DNA of 52,123 nucleotides from Candidatus Niyogibacteria bacterium CG10_big_fil_rev_8_21_14_0_10_42_19 (GTDB lineage: Bacteria > Patescibacteriota > Minisyncoccia > 1-14-0-10-42-19). Positions 1-8,298 of the stretch are shown here, piece after piece (the stretch's first letter is position 1; each line of letters starts with the position of its first letter). The translations under genes were made by a program, and so were the position numbers. The notes under the pieces are model-generated. The model did not search any database and was not told the origin of the DNA. It saw only the letters and a list, made by a program, of their open reading frames with translations. Location of the stretch: NCBI GenBank assembly GCA_002774705.1, contig PFCN01000033.1, forward strand, positions 1,277 to 53,399, given 5' to 3'.

Positions 1-24
1 GTGGTCGTCCTTCACTTCGTTTAG

Positions 25-97
25 TCCGCCCCCTGGGAATCGAACCCAGAACCTCTTGGTTAAGAGCCAATTGCTCTGCCGATTGAGCTAGGGGCGG
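25..97 (-). tRNA. tRNA-Lys (anticodon CTT)
   Basis: Reverse complement folds as a cloverleaf: acceptor CCGCCCC/GGGGCGG, D arm GCTC-AATCGGCA-GAGC, anticodon loop CTCTTAA (CTT), T arm CTGGG-TTCGATT-CCCAG, discriminator A. No CCA encoded (next bases CTA). Confidence 0.9.
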
Positions 98-130
98 GGA
101 AAATTATATATATTTTTAAAATATCTTCTC

Positions 131-166
131 CTTTCCGCCGGAGGCGGATCCGCCTCCGGCGGAAAG
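131..166. repeat. GC-rich palindrome / twin-hairpin element, copy 1 (ctttCCGCCGGAGGCGGATCCGCCTCCGGCGGaaag)
   Basis: Perfect 15-bp+ palindrome centred on GGATCC. It can also fold as two tandem 5-6 bp hairpins (CCGCC-GGA-GGCGG and TCCGCC-TCC-GGCGGA). About 78% identical to 4386-4414. Confidence 0.6.
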
Positions 167-250
167 AGGGAGCTGCTCTGCCAGTTGAGTCCCGACGCCC
201 GACCAGTGTCAAGGTCGGGAGGCCGACAGACCCGTTGGGTCTCGTCGGCC
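167..250 (-). other. GC-rich structured intergenic island of unknown identity (two strong hairpins plus a tRNA 5'-half-like segment)
   Basis: Hairpin 221-250 has a 13-bp stem with one bulge and loop GTT. Hairpin 198-219 is CCCGACC/GGTCGGG. The minus-sense 200-172 reads GGGCGTCGGGACTCAACTGGCAGAGCAGC, resembling a tRNA acceptor plus D arm. No T arm or 3' acceptor strand follows. Confidence 0.3.
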
Positions 251-281
251 CTATGGGCGAGAAAAATTTTTTAATACACTC

Positions 282-791
282 TTAAGTATGCCGATCAGCC
301 AGAACAAAAGCGCCGAAAGACTCCGGTTTTATCACTGCCTCAAAACCATAACCTTTTACCATCCCGACAACCGCGTCTATCAAGTCTCTCGTCGGACCCT
401 TCGTGCCGACATCAAGATGAACGGTAATTTTATTGTCCCAAAAAAATTCTTCCCCTAATTTTTCCTTAAGACGACTTTTTAGTTCCTGCATGAACGCGAT
501 CGAGCGCATCGTCTCTTTATAAATACGGTCCTGCAAAGTCGGGCAAGTTTCGGGCTCGGATCTCGTCCAAAAATATCTGCCACCATTACCAATCCTCAAT
601 ATGCCGACCGCGGTGACGAATTTAACCTTTTTTTCGGAGGCGGAGTCCGATCCGACCACAATCTGATATTTTGCGTCCGGTTTTATATGGATATATTTTA
701 CCAACTCCAAAACAAGCTCATCAAAATTAAGAGTTGTGGTTTGATTATAAAATCTACTATGAGTTATTGGAATCATCAGCGTTTTACCCAT
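282..791 (-). CDS. YkuK/DUF458-family protein (predicted RNase H-like fold)
   Basis: FYN...KYQIVVGSDS...GILRIGNGG...HLDVG...ADRHT resembles B. subtilis YkuK-type proteins. The track ORF extends to 839 and overlaps the upstream gene. ATG at 791 or 776 is more likely, so the start is uncertain. Confidence 0.6.
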   Translation of the reverse strand: MGKTLMIPITHSRFYNQTTTLNFDELVLELVKYIHIKPDAKYQIVVGSDSASEKKVKFVTAVGILRIGNGGRYFWTRSEPETCPTLQDRIYKETMRSIAFMQELKSRLKEKLGEEFFWDNKITVHLDVGTKGPTRDLIDAVVGMVKGYGFEAVIKPESFGAFVLADRHT

Positions 792-813
792 ATTATAATA
801 GTATTTTTGCTTA

Positions 814-1632
814 TTACAATAGAGATTCCTGGACGTCATCCTGAATTTTATATGATTTGTCGGTGATATCCGCCGCTAAAATGCGGTCAAGCCTGAATAT
901 TCTTTTTGAGCGCCTAAGATGACAATATCCTTCAATGTCATTTTTGTTTACTCTGTAAATATCCACCAGACGGCGGTTTCTCGTTTGATTCGCCCCGGCC
1001 GGATTTGCGGTAACATAATCAATCTCAACAGCAAGCCTTTTTTCAAAAGCCTCTTTTAATTTAGAAAAAATGCCAGCCGATGAATTTTCCCCCCACCTGA
1101 CCGGAATTGATATTTCATTAATATGATCGCGCGAAAAAAATTTTATAAAGCCGTTCTTCTTCCCGAACTCAAAAAGATCTTTGGTTACTTTAACATCCTG
1201 TACGCAGTAATCCTTGATCTTTTGTACCTGTCCTTCTTTAAACCACTCCAAGGCCTGCAAACCGTCGGCGCTTTTTTCTATACCTATAGTTGTTTTGGCG
1301 AGATTATTAAGCCCCACCCTAAAGCCGACCCCCTTTACAACATCATCCATCATATCCAAAAACCTCACGTCTTCAAGCGGAAAATTCATATACGGCTGAA
1401 GCACCGGAATATCAAAACTACGTATATTAAAACCGATGGCCATAGAGGCGTCTTTTATCATCGGCTCAAATTGGTTAAGTTCATTTTCTTCAAAAACAAA
1501 ATATTCCCCTTTCTGATATGAGTATCCGGCGAGAACCGAAATACCCAAAAGTTCGGGGTGGTCCTTTGTACCGATCTCGGCAAAAGATTTTTTTGTTTCT
1601 ACGTCGAAAACCAAAACGTCGCCTTCTTCCAT
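814..1632 (-). CDS. DEDDy-type 3'-5' exonuclease fused to a C-terminal WYL domain
   Basis: Exo motifs appear in order: FDVET, GFNIRSFDIPVL, DYCVQDV (Y-x3-D). The C-terminus ...YCHLRRSKRIFRLDRI... matches the WYL-domain hallmark. ATG start. Confidence 0.65.
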   Translation of the reverse strand: MEEGDVLVFDVETKKSFAEIGTKDHPELLGISVLAGYSYQKGEYFVFEENELNQFEPMIKDASMAIGFNIRSFDIPVLQPYMNFPLEDVRFLDMMDDVVKGVGFRVGLNNLAKTTIGIEKSADGLQALEWFKEGQVQKIKDYCVQDVKVTKDLFEFGKKNGFIKFFSRDHINEISIPVRWGENSSAGIFSKLKEAFEKRLAVEIDYVTANPAGANQTRNRRLVDIYRVNKNDIEGYCHLRRSKRIFRLDRILAADITDKSYKIQDDVQESLL

Positions 1633-1668
1633 AAAAAAGTTATATCATACTATTAATAAAAAATAAAT

Positions 1669-1679
1669 CCCGTTAGAAA
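1669..1679 (+). repeat. Dispersed motif CCCGTTAGAAA, solitary copy 36 nt upstream of the ATG at 1632
   Basis: Exact 11-mer. The extended form TAAATCCCGTTAGAAA is identical to the copy at 25087-25102. Confidence 0.7.
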
Positions 1680-1762
1680 TTTTACACAAAACATCAAAAA
1701 CTCCCGACAAAACCTAAAGACGGATCCGCTCGTATAAATCGTCATCCAAAAATCTCGGCTGA

Positions 1763-1842
1763 ATCCCGTTAGAAATACCAATTTTGATGTTATGCCGCAT
1801 CAGTCGCTAAAAGAATAATTTCGAAGTGATTTCTAACGGGAT
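1763..1842. repeat. Inverted pair of the TCCCGTTAGAAAT motif (14 bp perfect) around a 52-nt spacer
   Basis: ATCCCGTTAGAAAT at 1763-1776 and ATTTCTAACGGGAT at 1829-1842. Confidence 0.75.
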
Positions 1843-1900
1843 GAATTTCTATCAGGATAAACCGCCTAGCCGAAAATAAGACAATCCCAAGAAAATATTG

Positions 1901-1922
1901 ATTACCCTTTAAAAAGGGTAAT
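1901..1922 (-). terminator. Hairpin overlapping the doxX stop codon (possible terminator)
   Basis: ATTACCCTT-TAAA-AAGGGTAAT gives a 9-bp stem. The minus-sense downstream sequence is moderately T-rich. Confidence 0.35.
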
Positions 1923-2310
1923 CAAAGGCATAAAACCCGGCTCCCAGAAACAAAAGGGCGAGCGCCATAGCCAAAAGAACCAGATCGAATTCATACCCAC
2001 CCACTAATCCCTGCTTGAATTTTACGAAGACCATGGCCCCGATCATATTGATCGCGATAAGAATGGCCGCGACCTGGGTAAGAAACCCAACCAGAAGCAA
2101 AATGCCCCCGAAAAACTCCACCACCCCAACCACAAAAACCCACAATTTACCGGGCTTAAGCCCGATTGATCCAAACCATTCGGCAGTTTTAGAAAATTCC
2201 TTAAAAAGCTTAGGGTAGCCGTGAATTATAAAAATCGTTCCTAAAACAAGGCGCAAAATCAGCGGAGCATAAAGTTGATAGGAAAGAAAATCCGGAAATA
2301 CGCTTGACAT
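1909..2310 (-). CDS. DoxX-family membrane protein
   Basis: 133 aa with 4 predicted TM helices. The pattern LRLVLG..FI.HG..KL is typical of DoxX. Confidence 0.7.
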   Translation of the reverse strand: MSSVFPDFLSYQLYAPLILRLVLGTIFIIHGYPKLFKEFSKTAEWFGSIGLKPGKLWVFVVGVVEFFGGILLLVGFLTQVAAILIAINMIGAMVFVKFKQGLVGGYEFDLVLLAMALALLFLGAGFYAFDYPF

Positions 2311-2428
2311 AAATTTTTATTTTTTAAAAATAATTCGACCATTTATATTTCCTATCGAGGCCACGCGAAAATTTATTTTCGTGACGGCCGAGCGACGGAA
2401 ATTCAAGAAATACCCGCGACATTTCTTA

Positions 2429-3082
2429 TTAAATTTTGATAATCCAATTTACTAATTTATCGGTTAAAGAAGGGTTAACTCCTAATATATCCGTTCCGTG
2501 TCCGCCAATCGAAAAGATCTCTTTCTCTTTATTTTGCGTGCTTAATTCCCCAAAAATTTCTTCGGCCATTCGATCCGCCTCGGACACTCTTTTATCGTCA
2601 TTGGCCGCGATAATAAAAACCTTTTGCTCCGGACGGATATTTTGAGCGTAGGCCAAAGTATTTATTCCGCGATAATCAAGTCCGGGAGAAAAAAGGATTG
2701 CTCCTTTTATCTCGGGGTCTAAAGCCAATATCTGAAGAGCTAAGTTTGCGCCTATTGATGCCCCTGCAACAAAAATAGGCCGATGTCCTTCTTTTTTCTG
2801 GAATAAAACCGCCGAACGCGCGTCCATTATGCTTTTTTGATGATCTTCATCGGAAAATTTCTTATATCCTTCTGGACCTCCTTCGGATGTGCCGTGACCC
2901 CGAAGGTCGATCGCCAAAACTCCCGCTCCCGCCTTATTCAGCTTGCCCGCAAAATCACTCCAACTTTCTTTTGTAGACGGCATCATATGGAACAAAGACA
3001 CCCCCGGACTCCCGTGTGGGGATTTGTAATAAACGCCGGATATTTTGACTCCGTCCTCGGTTTTAAACTCTACCTGTTCCAT
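2429..3082 (-). CDS. Alpha/beta hydrolase (dienelactone hydrolase / S9-S33-like)
   Basis: GXSXG nucleophile elbow (GASIGA), HGTSEG segment, C-terminal GGHGTD histidine. Confidence 0.7.
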   Translation of the reverse strand: MEQVEFKTEDGVKISGVYYKSPHGSPGVSLFHMMPSTKESWSDFAGKLNKAGAGVLAIDLRGHGTSEGGPEGYKKFSDEDHQKSIMDARSAVLFQKKEGHRPIFVAGASIGANLALQILALDPEIKGAILFSPGLDYRGINTLAYAQNIRPEQKVFIIAANDDKRVSEADRMAEEIFGELSTQNKEKEIFSIGGHGTDILGVNPSLTDKLVNWIIKI

Positions 3083-3094
3083 TGTTTTAGTATA

Positions 3095-4372
3095 TCACTT
3101 TTTTTTCGGACGATAATATTTTTTTCCTTTTAATTTTTCGGGCATATGCTCTTGCAAAATTTTTGTATTTTTACCGCCTCCGGCGGGGAAATCATGCGCG
3201 TACTTGTAACCTTTGGCGTAACCCATTTCTTTCATTAAATTGGTAACGGCATTGCGCAGATGAAGCGGAACGGGCAGGGCGCCATATTTTTTTGCATCTT
3301 CACTGGCCTCCATCAATCCTTTATAAGAAGCGTTGTCTTTTGGGGCTGATGCCAAATAGGTAGCACCCTGAGCAAGATTGATTGCCGCTTCCGGCATACC
3401 GACGTGTTCCACGGCATTCGCCACGGAAGACGCGACCACAAGAGCTGTCGGCAAGGCATTCCCGATATCTTCAGACGCGAAAATAAGCATGCGGCGCGCT
3501 ATAAACCTGGGAGTTTCTCCACCTTCAAGCATGCGCGCGAGCCAATAAAGAGCGCCGTCGGGATCGGAGTCGCGCATTGATTTTATAAAAGCGGAAATAA
3601 TATTATAATGCTCCTCTCCCGCCTTATCATACCTGATAGTTTTTTTCTGCAATATCTCCTCTATTTTTTTGCCGTCAATAATAGTTTTGCCCAATCTTTT
3701 TTTCTCAATATTCATGACCGCAAATTCAAGAGTGTTGAGAGATACTCTCGCGTCGCCATCCGCAAAAACGGCTATCTTTTCGAGTGCGTCTTCGGTGAGG
3801 AAAATACCCTTCTCGCCATATCCATGTATCTTATCTTCCAGCGCCTTTTTAACAATGGTTTTAATGTCTTTGAAAGAAAGCGGTTTTAATACCAAAACGA
3901 TGGACCGCGACAATAGAGGACTCACTAATTCAAAAGAAGGATTTTCGGTGGTAGCTCCGATTAAAATTATCGTCCCATCCTCGACATGCGGAAGAAAAGC
4001 GACCTGCTGACTTTTATTAAAATGATGGATCTCATCAATAAAAAGAATGGTCCTTTGGCCGTAATTCTTAAAACGACTCTTGGCTTCTTCAATCTTTTTT
4101 CTCAATTCGGGAATGCCTGAGGTTGCCGCCGAAAAAGTCTCAAAAAAAGAATCCGATTTTTCGGCAACGATTCTGGCAAGAGTTGTCTTACCCGAACCGG
4201 GCGGGCCCCAAAGGATCACCGACTGCAATTCGCCTTTTTCGATTGCGACGCGCAACGGCTTGCCCTTGCCAACTATCTCTTCCTGCCCGAAAAAATCCGA
4301 AAAAACCTTAGGCCTCATTCTTTCGGCAAGAGGTCGAGCTCCTTTGAATTTTTCATCGAATAAGTCCGCCAT
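3095..4372 (-). CDS. rarA: Replication-associated recombination protein A (AAA+ ATPase RarA/MgsA)
   Basis: Walker A GPPGSGKTTLARI, Walker B LFIDEIHHFNK, and the conserved C-terminal MgsA helical domain (YDKAGEEHYN..SAFIKS.R.SDPD.ALYWLARML). Confidence 0.9.
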   Translation of the reverse strand: MADLFDEKFKGARPLAERMRPKVFSDFFGQEEIVGKGKPLRVAIEKGELQSVILWGPPGSGKTTLARIVAEKSDSFFETFSAATSGIPELRKKIEEAKSRFKNYGQRTILFIDEIHHFNKSQQVAFLPHVEDGTIILIGATTENPSFELVSPLLSRSIVLVLKPLSFKDIKTIVKKALEDKIHGYGEKGIFLTEDALEKIAVFADGDARVSLNTLEFAVMNIEKKRLGKTIIDGKKIEEILQKKTIRYDKAGEEHYNIISAFIKSMRDSDPDGALYWLARMLEGGETPRFIARRMLIFASEDIGNALPTALVVASSVANAVEHVGMPEAAINLAQGATYLASAPKDNASYKGLMEASEDAKKYGALPVPLHLRNAVTNLMKEMGYAKGYKYAHDFPAGGGKNTKILQEHMPEKLKGKKYYRPKKK

Positions 4373-4385
4373 TTTAAAATAATTT

Positions 4386-4414
4386 CAGCCAGAGGCTGAT
4401 CCGCCAAAGGCGGA
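4386..4414. repeat. GC-rich twin-hairpin element, copy 2 (CAGCC-AGA-GGCTG ATCCGCC-AAA-GGCGGA)
   Basis: Aligns position-by-position with 135-163. Hairpin A differs by a compensatory C-G to A-T pair change. Hairpin B has an identical stem and a different loop. The element lies 14 nt upstream of the rarA ATG. Confidence 0.55.
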
Positions 4415-4525
4415 AAAAATATTTAAATCCCGACGATGTCTTAATTATATACCATTAATTAAAAATCAATTACCTCATCCCGCAAAGCATGAAAATGCGG
4501 TAATTAGATCCCGTTTAAAGCAAAA

Positions 4526-4560
4526 TAAATAAAAATCCGGACACTTCGCGGGTGTCCGGA
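4526..4560 (-). terminator. Rho-independent terminator after the por operon
   Basis: TCCGGACAC-TTCGCGG-GTGTCCGGA gives a 9-bp GC-rich stem, 19 nt after the stop at 4579. A T-run follows on the minus strand. Confidence 0.8.
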
Positions 4561-4578
4561 TATTTCTTAAAAATATTT

Positions 4579-6618
4579 CTAAAGCTTTTCAAGCTCCTCC
4601 CAATAATTTTCGGCGCCTTTACGAATAATATCAATATCGATTTCGGTCAGATGAGAGAATCTTTTTTGCGGTTTTAAATATCTTCTGATATCAATAGCTT
4701 TTTCCGGCCGATAAGTAATTTTCCATTTGCCGTTCTCATATTCAATAAGGGGAAATATCTTGGCCTCCACCGCAAGACAGGCCATTTTTAAGGATTCGTG
4801 CGGAGAAAAACCCCAGCCAGGATTACAGGGCGCGAGAATATGCAGGAACCGCAATCCTTTTCCTTTATAGTTCTTGGCTTTACGGAGTTTTTTTATAAGG
4901 TCATCCGTGTGATAGATAGAAGCGGTCGCGGCATAAGGCACGCCGTGCGCGGCTATTATTTTCATAATATTCTTCTTCGGTTGAATTTTGAAAGCCGGAA
5001 AAGGAGTAGTTTCGGTAGCCGCTCCATAAGGCGTGGCCGAACTCCTCTGCCCGCCGGTATTTCCGTAAAATTCGTTGTCATAGCAAATAAAAATAATATC
5101 TTCACCGCGTTCTGACGCTCCCGACAAAGCCTGAAGGCCGATATCAAAAGTCCCGCCGTCTCCGGCAAAAGCAATTGTTGTTATGTCTTCTCCATTCCGC
5201 AATGACGCCCGTTTTATTCCGCTTGCCACAGCAGCTGCCGCGGCAAAAGGAGAGTGTAAAAGAGGAACACCAACCGGCGTGTAAGGATTCGGTCCGGCAA
5301 TGATGGACCAACAACAAGCCGGAAGAGCTATTTCTGTCCGTGGGCCCATAACTTCGAGCACCCGAGCCATTACAAGAGACGCGGTACATCCGGCACAAGC
5401 GCGATGACCCGGCTGGATCAATGAAACGGGGTCTTCCGATGCCGGAACATCCTGGACCGAAGAAATATATTCCTTCTCCGCCCTCCAGATTGAATGACTA
5501 TCTTTAGGCAAATCAAAAGAGTTGGCCTCTTCGACAAGGCCGGCAATAAATCCGGATGACGTTACGACACCCCCGACTCCAACAGTGTAGCCGAAGACCG
5601 GAGTGGATTCCGGATATATCGCCTTTTTTATTTCATCAAGAACTATTTCTTTGGTATCAACATCGAGCACCACGACCTTCTTTACGTTGTTCAGGACGGC
5701 TTTTATGTCTTGGGTGGGGAAAGGACGAAAAACTCTTATCTTCACTACTCCGGCTTTTATGCCTTTTTCGCGAAGGATATCTATCGCCTCTTCCGCAGGT
5801 CCTCCAATACTGCCCGTTGTTACAAGCGCGACATCTGCGTCTTCCATGCGATACTCAGTGAGCAAGAAATATTCCCTGCCAAAGATGTCTTTAAATTCTT
5901 CAAATACTTCTTTTATGTGCGGAAGAGAATCGTTAAAATCTCCTGCCAAGGCAGTCTTAAATTGGAAATAAGAATCCGCAGTGCCCGACGCTCCGATAGA
6001 CCTGGGATCCGCGCAATCCAAAGCATGAGGAATTTTTATCTTCGGAAGAAAAAAATCTACTTGCTCTTGGGTCGCCAATTCCACGTCTTCTTTGGTGTGG
6101 CTTAGAATAAATCCATCGAGGCAAATCATAACTGGAAAATAAATTCTTTCGGCGATCCTGAACCCCTGAAGAACGCTGTCAAAAACTTCCTGGTTGCTTT
6201 CGCAATATATCTGGACCCATCCGGCGTCCCTCTGGGACAAAGAATCGGTCTGGTCGGCCCAGATATTCCAGGGAGGACCAAGCGCCCGGTTAACATTCGC
6301 CATAACAATGGGAAGGCGCGCGCCCGACGCCCAATGGAGAACCTCGGCCATGTAAAGAAGGCCTTGAGAAGATGTGGCGGTAAACGTTCTTGCGCCTTGT
6401 TGGGAAGCTCCAATGGCTGCCGACATAGCCGAATGTTCGGACTCGGCGGTCATGAACTCGCAATCTTTAAGCTCGCCTCTGGCGACAAGCCGGGCAAGAG
6501 TTTCGGGGATCTCGGTCGCGGGCGTTATCGGATAAACAGGTATAAAACCGGTTCGGGCAAGAGCGGCGGCAACGGCCGCGGCTTCGCTTCCGGTAATAAC
6601 AACTTTATTCGCGGACAT
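4579..6618 (-). CDS. Pyruvate/2-oxoacid:ferredoxin oxidoreductase, fused alpha-beta subunit
   Basis: The N-terminal half resembles PorA (GSEAAA..A.......VYPITPATEI). The C-terminal half resembles the PorB TPP-binding subunit (GHRACAGC..., GDGG.FDIG). SD GGGGGAGG precedes the ATG. It overlaps the upstream gene by 14 nt. Confidence 0.85.
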   Translation of the reverse strand: MSANKVVITGSEAAAVAAALARTGFIPVYPITPATEIPETLARLVARGELKDCEFMTAESEHSAMSAAIGASQQGARTFTATSSQGLLYMAEVLHWASGARLPIVMANVNRALGPPWNIWADQTDSLSQRDAGWVQIYCESNQEVFDSVLQGFRIAERIYFPVMICLDGFILSHTKEDVELATQEQVDFFLPKIKIPHALDCADPRSIGASGTADSYFQFKTALAGDFNDSLPHIKEVFEEFKDIFGREYFLLTEYRMEDADVALVTTGSIGGPAEEAIDILREKGIKAGVVKIRVFRPFPTQDIKAVLNNVKKVVVLDVDTKEIVLDEIKKAIYPESTPVFGYTVGVGGVVTSSGFIAGLVEEANSFDLPKDSHSIWRAEKEYISSVQDVPASEDPVSLIQPGHRACAGCTASLVMARVLEVMGPRTEIALPACCWSIIAGPNPYTPVGVPLLHSPFAAAAAVASGIKRASLRNGEDITTIAFAGDGGTFDIGLQALSGASERGEDIIFICYDNEFYGNTGGQRSSATPYGAATETTPFPAFKIQPKKNIMKIIAAHGVPYAATASIYHTDDLIKKLRKAKNYKGKGLRFLHILAPCNPGWGFSPHESLKMACLAVEAKIFPLIEYENGKWKITYRPEKAIDIRRYLKPQKRFSHLTEIDIDIIRKGAENYWEELEKL

Positions 6619-8272
6619 CCTCCCCCTCCTTTCCGATGTCTATTGCTCCGCGTTCGCAAACCTCGGCGCAAATTCCGCATCCTTTACAAAAATCAAAGTT
6701 GATCTCATATTTAAGCTCGCCTTTTTTAATGATGCAAAAATCGGGACAGAATTTTATACATCGATCACATCCGATACAAGTCCCGCAATTGATACAGCGA
6801 TCAGCCTCCTCTATAGCTGTGTCTTCCGAAATAGTCGCGGTTGTTTCTTTAAAAGCCTCGAATTCTTCCCGGGTCAACTCTTGCTCATGCAAAATGCGTT
6901 CGTTTTTCCGTCGCAAGTTCACATAAAGAAGCTTAATATCATCAGGATAAACAACCTTGCGGTCGTCTTCTGCAAGGACGTCGTGGGAGAACATTTTGAT
7001 AATCGTTCCTGCCGCTTTTTTACCGGAAGCGACGGCTTCGCTAACGGAGCGCGGTCCGTAAAGATTGTCTCCGGCGAAAATAATATTCCCGTCGACAATA
7101 TCGTCTTCCGTTTTAAATTCATAACCGACTCCCCCCAAAAGAGAGTAGTCCGTTTCTTCGCCGACAGCATAAAGAAGAAGGTCACATTTTATTTCAAAAT
7201 TTGAACCCTCCACCTCCACGGGAGTCGGGCGCCCCGAACCGTCGGGACCTGACAGCTTCATCTTGATGCAATGAACCATAATGGCTTCACGGCACCGGCG
7301 AGAGGACAAAGGCTGGACCAGAAAAGAAAATTTTACTCCTTCTTTTTTGGCCGCCATCACTTCATCTTTATGTGCCGGCATTTCATTTTTCGTGCGGCGA
7401 TAAAGCACCTCGACTGTTTTGGCGCCAAGACGTAAAGCAACCCGCGAAACATCGATGGCAGTATTACCTCCGCCGACAACGCATATTTTTCTAATGTTGG
7501 AGGGAAAACGTTCCGTAAGTCTGGAATTGACCGAACTCAAAAAACTCAATCCGGCCATAACACGTTCCCCATCCTCAAGCCGCGCAATCAACTTCGACTT
7601 ATGGGCGCCGAGAGCGACAATAATAAAGTCAAATTGTTTTTTTATTTCCGCGAATTTATTGGAATCAATTTTAACCCCAAGTTCAAGGCGCACTCCTAAA
7701 AACAAGACCATGTTCCGTATCTCCGCTCGAAGAAGGCATTTGGGAAGGCGGTATTCGGGAATTCCGCATCTCAGCATACCGCCAGGTTCTAACTCGCTAT
7801 CAAAAATAACAACCTCGGCCCTTTCTTTGGCTAAAAAATGCGCCGCCGAAAGTCCGGCCGGACCCGCGCCTATTACCGCAACCCTCATTCCTTCAAGAGC
7901 GCCTGGAGATTTTGCTTTCGCAAAAAGACCGTTCTTTACTCCGTATTCGCCGAGAAACCTTTCAACCGCGTTTATGGAAATTCCGTCGTCCAGATTGTTA
8001 CGATTGCATTTCTCTTCGCAGAAGCGATAACAAACGCGCCCGCAGATCAGCGGAAACGGATTTTCTTCGGTTAAAACCTCCCAGGCGCGCGCGAATTCTT
8101 TGCGCCTTACCAAGTCCATCCACACCGGAATGTTCTCGGAACAAGGACAAAAATGCGCGCACGGAGATTTCTTTTCCTCATAAAACGGAAATATCTTTCT
8201 CCACAACCCCGTTTTTAACGGAGATATTCTGGTTTGAGACAGGGAAACGGATTCCGTTATGCGTTTTAGCAT
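6605..8272 (-). CDS. GltD-like NAD(P)H-dependent FAD oxidoreductase fused to a PorD-like 2x[4Fe-4S] ferredoxin
   Basis: N-terminal Cys-rich Fe-S segment and dinucleotide fold VAVIGAGPAGLSAA, with a second Rossmann fold VVGGGNTAID. The C-terminus CINCGTCIGCDRC...CKGCGICAEVC gives two CxxCxxCxxxC motifs. SD AGGAG is present. Confidence 0.8.
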   Translation of the reverse strand: MLKRITESVSLSQTRISPLKTGLWRKIFPFYEEKKSPCAHFCPCSENIPVWMDLVRRKEFARAWEVLTEENPFPLICGRVCYRFCEEKCNRNNLDDGISINAVERFLGEYGVKNGLFAKAKSPGALEGMRVAVIGAGPAGLSAAHFLAKERAEVVIFDSELEPGGMLRCGIPEYRLPKCLLRAEIRNMVLFLGVRLELGVKIDSNKFAEIKKQFDFIIVALGAHKSKLIARLEDGERVMAGLSFLSSVNSRLTERFPSNIRKICVVGGGNTAIDVSRVALRLGAKTVEVLYRRTKNEMPAHKDEVMAAKKEGVKFSFLVQPLSSRRCREAIMVHCIKMKLSGPDGSGRPTPVEVEGSNFEIKCDLLLYAVGEETDYSLLGGVGYEFKTEDDIVDGNIIFAGDNLYGPRSVSEAVASGKKAAGTIIKMFSHDVLAEDDRKVVYPDDIKLLYVNLRRKNERILHEQELTREEFEAFKETTATISEDTAIEEADRCINCGTCIGCDRCIKFCPDFCIIKKGELKYEINFDFCKGCGICAEVCERGAIDIGKEGEDVRE

Positions 8273-8298
8273 CCGACTACTCCTTTGAACCCCTACGC

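Noticed and set aside
1123-1521. Many 60-200 aa ORFs in the track lie antisense to or out of frame within long, well-supported genes. Examples are 1123-1521, 3669-4010, 5603-5971, 7419-8030, 8285-8779, 9300-9680, 24457-24900, 30958-31470, 37628-38026, 40682-41149, 44485-55054-style shadows and 50299-50775.
   Set aside because: They overlap genes with clear family signatures. Their sequences are low-complexity or compositionally biased, they lack recognisable motifs, and several span tRNA genes or terminators. I treat them as shadow ORFs.
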